Part shown: positions 50,238 to 61,110 of the stretch, one piece after another
How positions within the stretch are numbered: the first letter of the stretch is position 1
Layout of the letters: each line of letters begins with the position of its first letter
NCBI GenBank assembly: GCA_002269645.1
Contig: NIVC01000014.1
Coordinates: 124,001-188,000 of the forward strand
Source: Macrostomum lignano
Taxonomy: Eukaryota
Length of the DNA stretch: 64,000 nt
Direction of reading: 5' to 3'
The notes under the pieces: generated by a model
Told to the model about the DNA's origin: nothing
Database searches by the model: none
Seen by the model: only the letters and a program-made list of their open reading frames with translations
Made by a program: the position numbers and the translations under genes

Positions 50238-50480
50238 TCCTCCATAATCCCATTAAATCCATCTATATTATCCCTGACAGAATCAGAAAAAAGGGGGGTC
50301 GCACTCGCTCACAAAACGTCCTCCATAATCCCATTAAATCCATCCATATTATCCCTGACAGAATCATGAAAAAGGGGAGGGGCCGCACTTGCTCTGAAAA
50401 CTTCGAACATAATCCTATTAAATCCATCCATATTATCCCTGACAGAATCAGAGCATTATCCCTGACAGAATCAGAGCATA
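50238..50480. repeat. ~80-bp tandem repeat, about 3 copies (putative subterminal repeat)
   Basis: CATAATCCCATTAAATCCATC.ATATTATCCCTGACAGAATCA recurs three times. Confidence 0.8.
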
Positions 50481-50692
50481 ACAGGTGTCCACTAAAATTT
50501 GCTTAGTCATGCTAGCTAAGTAAGAGTTTCACTTTGCATGCATGCTTGAATCATTAATGCAAATTTCACTTCAAGCAAAGAAAAGAAACAAAGACTCATT
50601 ATATTTTATTTAAGATTTAAGATTATATTTTATTTTCGTAAAGGTGTTTTATGTTTACTAATAAACGACGACTGCAGAATCTTAAATCGAAA

Positions 50693-50986
50693 CTAATTTG
50701 TTCGATGACTTTCAATCGCTCTCTCCAATGCCACATTTGGTGGCAGTTCATTGACCGGCTTGGATGTTATCGCACGACACTCTGGACATGTTATACTATT
50801 TTCTGCCGCATTGTACAAAGTTTGGACACATCTCAGGCAGACCGAATGCGGGCAGTCCAGCTTCCTAGAAGGCGAAAGCCAGTTGTAGCACACTGGGCAT
50901 TCGCATCCACGCGGGATGTTTTCCCTCTCGCGGCTCTCCAACTCCTTCTCTTTAATTTGAATCTTTTCCTTTAGGTCTTTAACCAC
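50693..50986 (-). CDS. RING-HC finger protein, exon 2
   Basis: CPVC..C.H..C..C..CPEC followed by LPPNVAL (TRIM-type RING); TTTGAAG acceptor. Confidence 0.82.
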   Translation of the reverse strand: MVKDLKEKIQIKEKELESRERENIPRGCECPVCYNWLSPSRKLDCPHSVCLRCVQTLYNAAENSITCPECRAITSKPVNELPPNVALERAIESHRTN

Positions 50987-51074
50987 CTTCAAATAGTAAG
51001 AAATGAAACAATGTCATGATTAATGATAAAAAATTACCCAGAAATACACAGAAAACACAAATTTCGAGTCTTAC

Positions 51075-51260
51075 CTGCATTGATTTAAAAAAATCCGTAT
51101 TTCTCTGAAGTGAACTTTCACTCCACCCATTATATATAATCTCTAGCGGATAGGTTGCGAGGTCGCTATCAGCGTGCAACGCGGTTGTCACATTTTGTGC
51201 AGTCCGTAGTTTTGACTTAAGATCTTGCAGTCGCCGTTTATCAGTAGCAGTTGAGGGCAT
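51075..51260 (-). CDS. RING-HC finger protein, exon 1
   Basis: ATG at 51260 and CAG|GTAAGA donor. An 88-nt intron joins in phase 0 to give 159 aa (coiled coil plus C-terminal RING). Confidence 0.7.
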
Positions 51261-51528
51261 ATGTGGGGAGAAGCAGCTCGAGTGTTTCTTGGTTTGCTTA
51301 AATACAGCTAGCCGTAGAAAATTCTAGAAAATTCCAGACTGTACAATCTTGGAGTCAAGCAGGGAAAAACAATCGATATAGCTCAGTGTACGAGAGAACA
51401 TGAGGTGTGTGAATGTGAGGGGTGAGACTTCTCTATAGACAAAGCATAGGGTGAGGAGGTGAGGAGCATGAAGGAGAAGCATGGTGGAAAGAGAGATTGT
51501 AGCCGAAACCAGTGTGCTCAAGACTGTA

Positions 51529-51656
51529 CACTTGTGTGGAGAAAAGCGAAGCGAAGGCCAAAAGGCCAGTTTGCGATAAAATTTGGCCTTACTCGAGGCC
51601 AAAATCCTTTGCGTTCTGGCCTTTTGGCCCTCGCTTCTTTTCGCTCCACACAAGTG
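51529..51656. other. 128-nt imperfect palindrome with an inner hairpin
   Basis: 13-bp perfect outer arms CACTTGTGTGGAG, 22-bp arms GAAGCGA(A/G)GGCCAAAAGGCCAG, and an inner TTTGGCCT/AGGCCAAA stem. Confidence 0.85.
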
Positions 51657-51665
51657 GAGAGAGAA

Positions 51666-52115
51666 TCATTCTGCTCTTTCAACCCCCAGCTCTTTCAACA
51701 GTCTTCCTAGTTCTTGACTTGGCGCGTGCAATGCAAAACCCACCCCGCCCTCGCCTTCAACCCCCAACCCCAACTTTGCCTTACTAAAAATAACAGCTTT
51801 AACTAGCTTCCGAGCGATCGACTCACGAAATCCGCTTGAAGCCCCTATATTGTCTAGTCTCTTAAGCATTTCTTTGTCCCAACGATTCTTCTCCTCAGGA
51901 AAATCCCTATACTTAACGTCGTGCCACATGCAGACAGAGTCTAGCTCGTTCACAGGCTCATGCCCAGGATTTGGATTATTGTTTTTATCTAACTGTATTT
52001 CAAGTGGATTCAAAGGCCCGCAATATTTGTACCCGGGAATGGTCCAGCCTTTGTTTGGATGAGGAAGCTTTTCTATCAGTCCATGTGAATCTATTTTACC
52101 ACCAGAGCGTTGCAT
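51666..52115 (-). CDS. Parvovirus VP1u-type phospholipase A2
   Basis: TIPGYKYCGPLN (Ca-binding loop YxGxG-like) and PVNELDSVCMWHDVKY (catalytic HD). Confidence 0.9.
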   Translation of the reverse strand: MQRSGGKIDSHGLIEKLPHPNKGWTIPGYKYCGPLNPLEIQLDKNNNPNPGHEPVNELDSVCMWHDVKYRDFPEEKNRWDKEMLKRLDNIGASSGFRESIARKLVKAVIFSKAKLGLGVEGEGGVGFALHAPSQELGRLLKELGVERAE

Positions 52116-52145
52116 TATTTTATTTTAAATTTTCTTTTTAAAAAA

Positions 52146-53182
52146 ATGACAGATCAGAAACTTAAAAAACTCTACTACAGCGACAAAGGATTCTTTGTAG
52201 GAAAAAATGCAGTCACCAAACTCGCAGAACTAAGTAAGGAACCAAAAGCTAAAGTAGAAAAGTGGCTCTCTAAGCAAGCAGTCTACCAAGTCTATTTCCC
52301 ACCAGTAAAATTTGAAAGGCCCCATTTCAGTATTTATAAACCTAATGAGGCGCACCAAGCAGATCTTCTGTTTCTCCCCAATGACTCGGGCTACAAGTAT
52401 GCTCTCACAATTACAGATGTTGCCTCCAGATATAAGGAAGCTCGCCCACTCAAGACGAAGAAGTCAGAGGTTGTTGCCAGCGCACTGCAAGATATTTATA
52501 AAAACTCACCCTTAGTTACCCTGAAATGTTCATGACCGACCCGGGTAAGGAATTCATGGGTGCAGTGAAATCCCTTATGGAAAAGCACAATACAGAGATT
52601 CGCTATGGCAGAACAAACTTGCACAGAGACCAAGCGTACGTTGAGAGATTCAATCTAACTCTAGCCAAGAGGCTATTCACTAAGCAGACAGCTGAGGAGC
52701 TGAAACTAAAAAGTGGTCAGTACTATTCAAAATGGACAGACCGGCTCCCCACTGTTATAGAGCAACTGAACAATGAAGTCACACGTATGACTGGATTGAA
52801 ACCGTCCCATGCAATTAAACAAGACACTGTCGAACTTAAGTCATCTCATAAAACAGACAACAACACGACAACCCCACACAACACACACAACACAAAACAC
52901 ACCTCGAACTACCCTAAGCTTCCAGGAGTTGAATCACCATACATACTGACAAACTCTGAGTTTCTACGCTTTTTATATCTACCTGGAGAGCTAGAGAAAG
53001 ACACCAAAAGAAGAGCTACAGATCCATACTTCAGCCTTGATGTACATAAAATAGACAGACATTTTACCTCCGACTCCGGTGACTATTACTTTTTATCTCA
53101 GGCCTTTAACCCTAAATCCCCCACACGGTCATTCACTAGAGCTGAACTCCTAGTGATACCAGCTGACACAGAAATTAATTAA
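52146..53182 (+). CDS. Retroviral-like (rve) integrase, one 1-nt frameshift near 52520
   Basis: DDE triad HQADL / TDPGKEF / YVERFN. Restoring GTTACC to GTTTACC joins the two ORFs. Confidence 0.92.
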
Positions 53183-53198
53183 AATATTAAAATAAAAA

Positions 53199-53657
53199 AT
53201 GACAAAGATTGAAACCAGAACCATCAATAAACTCAATAAAATCATTGAATCAAAGAAACCAGGTCTTATATCAATTAAAGGTATCAAAGTAAAAATCGAT
53301 CCCACGCAGCAAATAGTTCAGTGTAATGAACAAAGACACAGTATCACAGATGAAAAGTCAGGAGGAATCCTACCATTAGCAGCTCTTATTCCGATCATTG
53401 CAGGCGCTGTAAGTGCCGCAGGTGGTGTAGCTGGAGGTGTAGCAACTGCTGTTAAAGCTGGGAATGATAGAGCCCACCAGCTAGAATTGCAAAAGATTGC
53501 AAGAGATAAAGGTATAACAATTAAGGCAGGAGATGGTTGCCCTGAGGGCTGCCCCGATCGTGATGATTTTGAGCATGAAAATTCTGTAAGCAAGTCTGAC
53601 ATTGTCAAAGCCATCATGACACTGCACAATGCTGGGTTTACAATAATGCGCATGTGA
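53199..53657 (+). CDS. Adenovirus pX-like small virion protein, 152 aa
   Basis: GGILPLAALIPIIAGAVSAAGGVA resembles adenovirus pX GGILPLLIPLIAAAIGAVPGIA. Confidence 0.7.
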   Translation: MTKIETRTINKLNKIIESKKPGLISIKGIKVKIDPTQQIVQCNEQRHSITDEKSGGILPLAALIPIIAGAVSAAGGVAGGVATAVKAGNDRAHQLELQKIARDKGITIKAGDGCPEGCPDRDDFEHENSVSKSDIVKAIMTLHNAGFTIMRM

Positions 53658-53779
53658 TGAGGTTTAAAACCCCACTTTATCCAGCTTCATAAACCTAATA
53701 CTACTGATAGGATGTAGAAACAGTTCAACTTTTCTATCAGGGTGGTCACCCTCAAATTTTTTTTATTTTAGAGAAAAAA

Positions 53780-56700
53780 ATGCCAAAAGCCAATCCAGCA
53801 AGAGATTTAGTCAACAAATATTTTTCAAAAGGCGTCTCATTTCAAGACAAAAGTAATTTACTAAGAGAAGCATGTAAACAAACGTTTAACACAGACCCTG
53901 GTCACCTGGGAAGCTATGAAAAACAGTTGGAAATCATCAATCAATTAGAATCCAACCAGTATGCGCCTATAAAAAATTCTGCAAAGGAACACCAAGAGAG
54001 GAGTCGCAACTTAGTTAACAAATACGAAACTCTCACTGGTGAAAAAGCAAAGTACCCACAAAATAAGCAGGAACAAGAAATTAGAGCAATTAATCCATTT
54101 AAAAGAGTCGGAGCTTGCCATTGAAGAGATTAATTTTGCACAGAGGAAGTTTACAGAACATTACATAGAGTACACAATCCCAATTAAGGATACCACCGCA
54201 AACATCTACGACTATAAAGACAGCATCCAATCAGTTGTTGATCACACACTCAAAACACGCAAGACCTTTAAACTACAGATATCATTCAAGATTGCGTTTT
54301 ATATGCCTGCGAAACCCACTGAGCATCTCGAGTATTACATGACAACAAAGGCAAAGCCATTCACCCCAACAGACACACTGGATCCTTTCCTTCAAGATGT
54401 CACTAAGAAAATTGAAGCGTTTACATCCAGAGGTTCGGATGGGTCGTGAGAGGGATTCAAAGAGCGACTGTCATGGTCATGAAATATGACCCACTTAAAG
54501 CCTCCTCTTATATAGAGCTCCCACACAAGCTAGCCGGCAAAAAAGCTTGCATAAATGTTAAAAATAAAGACAATTGCTGTGCCCTATGGGCAGTTCTTTC
54601 TGCACTTATTAGTGTACCTCACCACCCCGAAAGAACCTCAAATTATCAAAATTATTTCAACTACTATCTATCGAATGCGAAAAGAAGGGAATCAGGTTTG
54701 ACAAAGGAGGCTTGGCGATCTCTCAGATCCAAAGCTAGAAGAAGTGTTTAATAACAAAATTAGAATCACAGTCTTTGATGGAGTGAAAAAACTGAGAAAG
54801 TTCAACCGGTCAGATGTAGCAAAGACGTTTTAGATCCTGAGGGGAAAAGGCGGATTGAAGTGGATCTTCTAGTGATTGGTAATTTACTAGAGGAGGCTCA
54901 CTATGTTTGGATTAAAGATCTTTCAAGACTCATTCACAAGCAATTGAATAATCATCACGAGGCTGTTGCCATCTGCCGCTTGTGCCTTAAGCATTACAGT
55001 GGACCTGAACGCTTTGAAAAACTAGCAGAGCATGAATTATCATGTGAGGATCACCCAACAAACTGCTCTCTTCCTTCAGCTGAAGAGAAGTATCTCCGGT
55101 TTAAGAACTATCATAAGATGGAGAAGCTCCCATTTGTTGTATATGCTGATTTCGAATGCTCAATCGTGCCGGAAACTCAAAAACAAACTCAAACTCAAAA
55201 ACAAACTCAAACTCAAACTCAAAAACATGTCCCCAATTCAGTAGCATATGCCTTTATTAATACAAAAGGACTTGTTGAGTATAATTATTTCTTTGGAGAG
55301 CAGTGTGTGGAGCAGTTTATTGCCAGAATGTTAGAGTTGCAAAAAGTATTAGCACCCTTCAACCTGTTCCAATAATGATGACTGAGGAGGATGAAAGCAA
55401 TTTCCTATCAGCAACTCATTGCCACATCTGCAGGAAACATTTAACTTGCACTGATATTAAAAACCCCACCGTTAGGGACCACTGCCACTTTACTGGGAAA
55501 TTTAGAGGTGCAGCGCATAACACCTGTAATCTAAAGCTAAAATCGAACATTCATGATCTAACGATATTTTGTCACAACGCAAAGAACTATGACATGCATT
55601 TAATAGTTGAAAAAATCGGCATGATTCCAGACATACACCTTGACTGCATCGCAGAGAACAAGGAGAAGTTTAAGTGTGTTGATATTAAACAGGATAATTC
55701 GGGTAAGGTACAGGTAAAATAAGACTGAAGGATTCATATCAATTTCTAGCTGCCAGTCTAGACGAACTAAGCAAGAATCTAAAAGATGAACAATGTACAT
55801 ATACAAAGATGTTTGCAAGTAAAATTAACAACACTGATGAATCATTTAAACTTTTAAGAAAGAAAGGCTTCTACCCCTATGAAAATATTACTGGGTATCA
55901 CGTATTTGAAGAGGTTTACCACCACAGGAGAAGTTCTTTTCAAAGCTAACAGACTCTGAATCTCTGACAAAGACTATGAGCACGCGAAGCATGTCTATAA
56001 TTACTTTAATTGTCAAAACTTCTTCCAGTATCACCTGCTTTACCTTTCACAGATGTGTTTCTGCTGGCTGATGTTTTGAAACCTTCAGATACACCTGGTA
56101 CACAGCATATGGCCTCGATCCTGCACATTATGTGTCTCTGCCTGCCACTAGCTGGGAATCTTTGCTTAAAATGAAATGGGATCAAGATCCAGATTGGTAC
56201 ATTGAACTTCTTACAGACATTGACATGTACAATTTTGTCGAATCGTCAAAGCGAGGGGGGATCTCAATTTGCACCCATAGATATGCAAAAGCAAACAATC
56301 CCTACATTGAATCTTACAATAAGGAGCAGCCCTCAAACTACATTACTTACTTGGACGCTAATAATCTCTACGGGTGGGCGATGAGTCAAGATCTTCCAGT
56401 TAGAGATTTTCGATGGCTACCCTCATCAGAATTCAAACAGGACTTTTCATTGGCTGCCATTTATGAGGTTGATGTTTACATTCCACCAGAGCTTCACGAC
56501 TATTTCTCTGACTTTCCACCCTTCCCAGAGAACATTAAGTGCCCGAAAATAATCGAAACTCCCAATGATAATAATGGAACTTGGCACCTGTCAGGAACAG
56601 AAAAAGAACATACAGAGAAACTAACACAGAATCTAAACAACAAGACACGTTACAAAATCCATTACAAACTGCTTCAGTATTTTATCTCACTGGTTGCAGG

Positions 56701-57647
56701 GTCACCAAAGTTCACAGGGCTCTTACATTTACAGAGGAAGCGTGGATGAAACCCTACATTGATAAGAACACCCAGTTTAGGACCAAAGCAACCAACGACT
56801 TTGACAAGAACCTCTTTAAGTTGGCCAACAACTCTGTCTATGGCAAGACTCTTGAGAATGAGCGGAAAAGAACAAACCTGAAACTTGTTACCTCATCAGA
56901 GCCTGCTGTTATTCAGGCAAATTGTCAAAGCCAACATTCAAAGAACTCCATATCTTTAATAGCTACTTAGGTGTGATCATATTTTACAAAACCAAGGTGA
57001 CGCTGCGCAAGCCGATCTATACAGGTGTCACTGTTCTCGACGAATCAAAACGTCTGATGTACCAGTTCTTCTATGGCATGAAGCAGCAGTACAAGGATAA
57101 AATGAAACTCTTGTACACTGACACAGACAGTTTTATTATGGATATTCAAACAGAAGACATTTATCAGGACATGCTGCAGCAAAAAGATTTGTTTGACTTG
57201 TCTGAGTATGATGAATCTTGCAGGACACAGAATGGTGATCAAGTGTTTGACGCTACTAACAAGAAAGTGATTGGGAAAATGAAGGACGAGATTGCTGGTG
57301 ACATAATCACTGAATTCATTGGGTTGAGAGCAAAGTCCTATTTTATAAAATGTGAGTCGTCAGACCCAATCAAAAAATCAAAGGGAATTCCGAAACGTGT
57401 AGTTAGGAAGGAAATTAATGAAGCTGAATACAGAGACGCCTTGAATTGCAACAAAAAGACATCACATGAGTTCTCAAAGCTACAATCTAAAAACCATATT
57501 ATTCACACAATTCAGCAAAAGAAGATTGGACTGTCAGGTGCAGATAACAAGAGATTCATTTTTGATGACAATATCAACAGTCTACCGTTCGGGCATTGGA
57601 GGGTTAGGTTTAGGAGGTGGAAGTTAGATTCGGGCACTGGAGATTAG
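53780..57647 (+). CDS. Protein-primed family B DNA polymerase with endonuclease VII-like Zn-finger insertion; about 13 single-base frameshifts in this sequence
   Basis: ExoI VYADFEC, ExoII HNAKNYD, RDHCHFTGKFRGAAHNTCN (EndoVII-like), motif A YLDANNLYGWAM, motif B KLANNSVYGK, motif C YTDTDS. Confidence 0.93.
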
Positions 57648-57702
57648 GAGATTAGGAGATTGGGTTTAGGTTTAAGAGAAAGTTTAATAAACCTCATAAA
57701 AA

Positions 57703-58105
57703 ATGACGACAAATAACTTTCTTGAAGATTTGGCTAACGAACTGGAAATCCCAAACTTTAGAGGAATATTTATGAGGGACACTCTGCCCCGATTTTCCTC
57801 TAAGAAAGGAATGCGGCATCATGAACTTTGACACCACCGATAAGCCAGGATCTCATTGGGTTTGCTGGGTGATTGATCCCGATCGCAAGCACAAGTGTTA
57901 TTACTTCGATAGCTATGGGACGGCAGTACCAGAAGAGCTAAGAAATTATATGAAGGGGAAAAACAATAAAAAAATTTATCGCTCAGACTTTATTCTCCAA
58001 GGTCTTAGCAGTGATATTTGCGGTGAGCTGTGCATGACTGTTTTGTATGCAATGACCAAAACACGAAAGACCTACAAGGAAATTATTCTTGGCTGTGTTT
58101 CATAA
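57703..58105 (+). CDS. Adenain-like cysteine protease, one 1-nt frameshift near 57797
   Basis: FRGIFMRDTLP..ECGIMNFD..GSHWV (His)..YFDSYG (Asp)..Q..DICGELC (Cys). Confidence 0.9.
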
Positions 58106-58109
58106 GGGT

Positions 58110-58765
58110 TCATTGTGCATTTCTCGTTGTCCTTCTCGTTGTCCTTCTTTCCACATAATGTTGAAGAACTTTCTCGAGTTCATTTCTCAGCTGACTCATG
58201 TCATCAGTACCGACCATGTTCAAGTTCATTCGAATTGATTGTTCATAAAGATCCTGAATGGTTTTGAACTCATCCTCTGAAATGAACTTATCCTCGATTG
58301 CCCTTGAAATGTACCCTATGATTGAAGTGTGCACTCCTTTCTCTTTTACTTGCTTCTCCTGTAGCTGCTTTAGTTTTTTTCGCCTGTTTCGCGCTACTGC
58401 TCCAGTAATTGCTGAAATAAGTCCACATGCAGCACCTACTGAACCAAGTGGAATTGCGATTGGGACTGTGATGGCTGGCAACACTGAGACAGCTGCAGCA
58501 GACCCAGTTAGAACAGACACAGATCCTAGAATCATATTGCTGTAGTCGAAAAATTTACAGTGGTTGTCATAGCGCTTAATTTTCTTTGTGTTGTGGAAAA
58601 TATTTTTTTCAAGATCATCACGCATTTTTTAATCTCCACCAGTCGAAACTGCTGAGAGTTACAAGTAATGACGGGGTAGAGTTTTTGTTGCTCATATTGG
58701 GGTGCACTAGGTGCTGTGGGTGCTGTGGGAGCATTCGGATCATAAAGAGAATTTTGAGCATCCAT
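58110..58765 (-). CDS. Conserved Polinton hypothetical membrane-associated protein, one 1-nt frameshift near 58625
   Basis: LYP..QQFRLVEI..LEK, two hydrophobic Gly/Ala helices, a basic cluster and ISRAIEDKFISEDEF. This pattern is recalled from Polinton accessory genes (called GasderminX-like in adintovirus annotations). Confidence 0.65.
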
Positions 58766-58878
58766 TTTTAGAGAATTTTTAAAAAAAATTGACAACTCGT
58801 TGGTGGTGGTTAGATTTGTTTTACGTTTGATTGTTTCGTCTGCAGTTGGCGCCAGCAGGTCTCTTCGAATCTACCTAT

Positions 58879-59673
58879 TTATTTGTCTATGCGCTCCATT
58901 CTACACTTGATCTCAAACAAACCGGTTGGCTCACGAAATTTTGGGTTAGTGGTCAAACTGGTTGGCTCACGAAATTTGTGGTCAGTGGTCAAGTCGGTTG
59001 GATCACTTATTTCCCTTGTGGTCTGTGGTGCCTCTTCAACAGTATCAATATCAGGAAGATTGTGTACTCCCTCAAGACGACTGATTCTTCTCAACGATTT
59101 CTGCCATTCGGTAAAAATTAAATCTAAATAGACTTTAATTGCATCAAGTCTTTCTTTAATTCTATCATGCAACGATGTTGACTGAGTCATGAACTCTTCT
59201 AAATTATTGACTTTAACTGTGTTGGTTGCGACGTTTTCTTTAATTCTATCATGCAACGCTGTTGACTGGTTCATAAACTCTTCTAAATTATTTACTTTAG
59301 CTGTGTTTGTGAAAACTCCTCCTTCGAGAATACGCATCCGTCTATCAGTGGAATTTCCCAGAAGATTAACTGATGATCTCAAGCCGTTGATTAGCGAGAC
59401 TATCGAAGTTATTTCTGACCTAAGTTCATTAGTTGCGTTTAACAACGGCACATAAAGCTTATCACTGTCAAACTTCTGTCTAGCTACTTTAAGCCTGAGA
59501 TCTTCTATGTTTATTTGCAACTGGTGCATGGAGCGCTCTAGGGCTTTCAGTCTGTTTTTATTCAGTTTGATCTCTGGGATCTCTTCATCAGTGTTAATGT
59601 AGCGCTTGTCAAGGAAGGAAGTTGTGAGAGTGCTGTTGCCTGTAGTTGACTCACCTGCAAAATTTATAGACAT
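58879..59673 (-). CDS. Hypothetical coiled-coil protein, 264 aa
   Basis: Open frame with AAAAAATG start, heptad-rich sequence and an internal duplication TNTxKVNNLEEFMxQSTxLHDRIKE. Confidence 0.7.
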   Translation of the reverse strand: MSINFAGESTTGNSTLTTSFLDKRYINTDEEIPEIKLNKNRLKALERSMHQLQINIEDLRLKVARQKFDSDKLYVPLLNATNELRSEITSIVSLINGLRSSVNLLGNSTDRRMRILEGGVFTNTAKVNNLEEFMNQSTALHDRIKENVATNTVKVNNLEEFMTQSTSLHDRIKERLDAIKVYLDLIFTEWQKSLRRISRLEGVHNLPDIDTVEEAPQTTREISDPTDLTTDHKFREPTSLTTNPKFREPTGLFEIKCRMERIDK

Positions 59674-59689
59674 TTTTTTAAATGAAAAA

Positions 59690-60490
59690 TTAAAGTAAAA
59701 TTCTTTTCTCCTTATTAATCATGACAAACTGATAGGGTTGGTTCCACTTTTCATAGCATATGTTAACGAATTCCTCCTGTGATATTGTTCTGTTAGAGTT
59801 CTTAGCTGGATATGTAATGTGAGCTGGGGCAATGACCTCATTATAAAATCGTTTCAGTCGATCTTGTGGTATGGTTGGGAAAAGGAGAATCAAATTACAG
59901 TTACCTCGAATTGTTTTATTTGGCAGTTCAAACCAGTTTTGGGCAATGTAAATAACATTGCAATTATTATGTCTACCCCGGGTGAAATAATTTTCTATCT
60001 GTTTCTGGGGACCTGTCATGCAGTCATCAAAGACAATCAGGTGCTTTCTCCCCTTTTCTAGCTCATCAGGTTGAGGTAAGAGTTTAGTTTTAGGATCTAT
60101 CTGTGGATCTCCATAAGTGAAAACTTTAATGTTTTGCCATTTTTCATTGTCTGGGATGTGCTTTGCGTATTCAGTGGCTACAACTTCCGGGTTGCTGTTG
60201 AGGTCTTTTTGATGTCTAAAACATTGAATAATATCTTCCTTGTTGAGTTTGTTCTGTAGGCCCGCTACTAGCATTTTATACTCATCTTGATACAGAGTGG
60301 GTGAATAGATATGTAGTGTGTCATAATCGAGGAATCCAGGTCTGAGGAGCATGTTAAAAACTCTGAAGGTTTTCCCTGACCCAGATGAGCCAACAACAAT
60401 GCATCGGAAGTGCCCTGGAATTATCTCGTTGTGAGCAAATTTTATCTGATTGTGTGTCCAGTGGGTATGAAAGTCGTTTGTGAAGTCCAT
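59690..60490 (-). CDS. A32/FtsK-like genome packaging ATPase
   Basis: Walker A GSSGSGKT, Walker B LIVFDD and FTRGRHNNCNVIYIAQ. Confidence 0.93.
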   Translation of the reverse strand: MDFTNDFHTHWTHNQIKFAHNEIIPGHFRCIVVGSSGSGKTFRVFNMLLRPGFLDYDTLHIYSPTLYQDEYKMLVAGLQNKLNKEDIIQCFRHQKDLNSNPEVVATEYAKHIPDNEKWQNIKVFTYGDPQIDPKTKLLPQPDELEKGRKHLIVFDDCMTGPQKQIENYFTRGRHNNCNVIYIAQNWFELPNKTIRGNCNLILLFPTIPQDRLKRFYNEVIAPAHITYPAKNSNRTISQEEFVNICYEKWNQPYQFVMINKEKRILL

Positions 60491-60539
60491 TTTTTATGTA
60501 AAAAAAACTTTTTCTTTTTAAACTTGTGTATTTAAGACG

Positions 60540-60680
60540 CGTGTGTCTTTTTTCGGGATGTGTATGTGTGTGTCTCTTTGCGGGATGTGTGTGTCTTTTT
60601 TCGGGTTGTGTGTGTGTGTCTTTTTCGGGTTGTGTGTGTCTTTTTTTTCGACTAGTCCTACATCCGACTAGTCCTACACC
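60540..60680. repeat. Intergenic iterated motif GTGTCT(T)nCGGG x5 and GACTAGTCCTACA x2
   Basis: Directly visible; lies upstream of the ATPase start. Confidence 0.75.
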
Positions 60681-60713
60681 CTCACACCTCTTTTACCGTC
60701 AGGGTGCACCAAA

Positions 60714-61094
60714 TTAGTCAAATTTAAAACCGCCTCCTTTCTTATATTCAGCTCTCATCTTTGCGTAGATGGCTGGATCGACACTATCTGCACTCGGTGC
60801 AAGGGGTTGAATATCTGGTATTGATTTCCGGGTTTCATTAACCGTATCCTTTATCTTTTTGGCTGCTGTGGCTACACTGCCAGCCGCTTCGGCAACGTTC
60901 TTGATGTTCTCTTTGTTCTCTCCAATGACCTTAAAAATCTTGGCCCCCTGAGCGATCAAATCGGCAAGGCCATTCCCAGAGCGTTCTTTTCTTGGATAGT
61001 GGCCTGCAGGGAAAAGTCCAGATCCGCGTTTAATGAGATTAAGTTCCTCTTTGTCATAGTATTTGTCAATGTCTTTTTCGAAAATAATTGGCAT
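60714..61094 (-). CDS. Small basic protein with amphipathic helix (pVI-like candidate), 126 aa
   Basis: Likely start AAAAAGATG at 61094. GNG is followed by LADLIAQGAKIFKVIG; three GxG motifs. Confidence 0.6.
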   Translation of the reverse strand: MPIIFEKDIDKYYDKEELNLIKRGSGLFPAGHYPRKERSGNGLADLIAQGAKIFKVIGENKENIKNVAEAAGSVATAAKKIKDTVNETRKSIPDIQPLAPSADSVDPAIYAKMRAEYKKGGGFKFD

Positions 61095-61110
61095 CTTTTT
61101 AAATAGAAAT

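Noticed and set aside
52505-52535. Programmed ribosomal frameshift in integrase
   Set aside because: There is no slippery heptamer, and the break matches the homopolymer-indel pattern seen across 52.5-58.7 kb.
57600-57675. TTAGG telomere-like repeats at the pPolB 3' end
   Set aside because: There are only a few scattered, interrupted copies, partly within the CDS; this is not a telomeric array.
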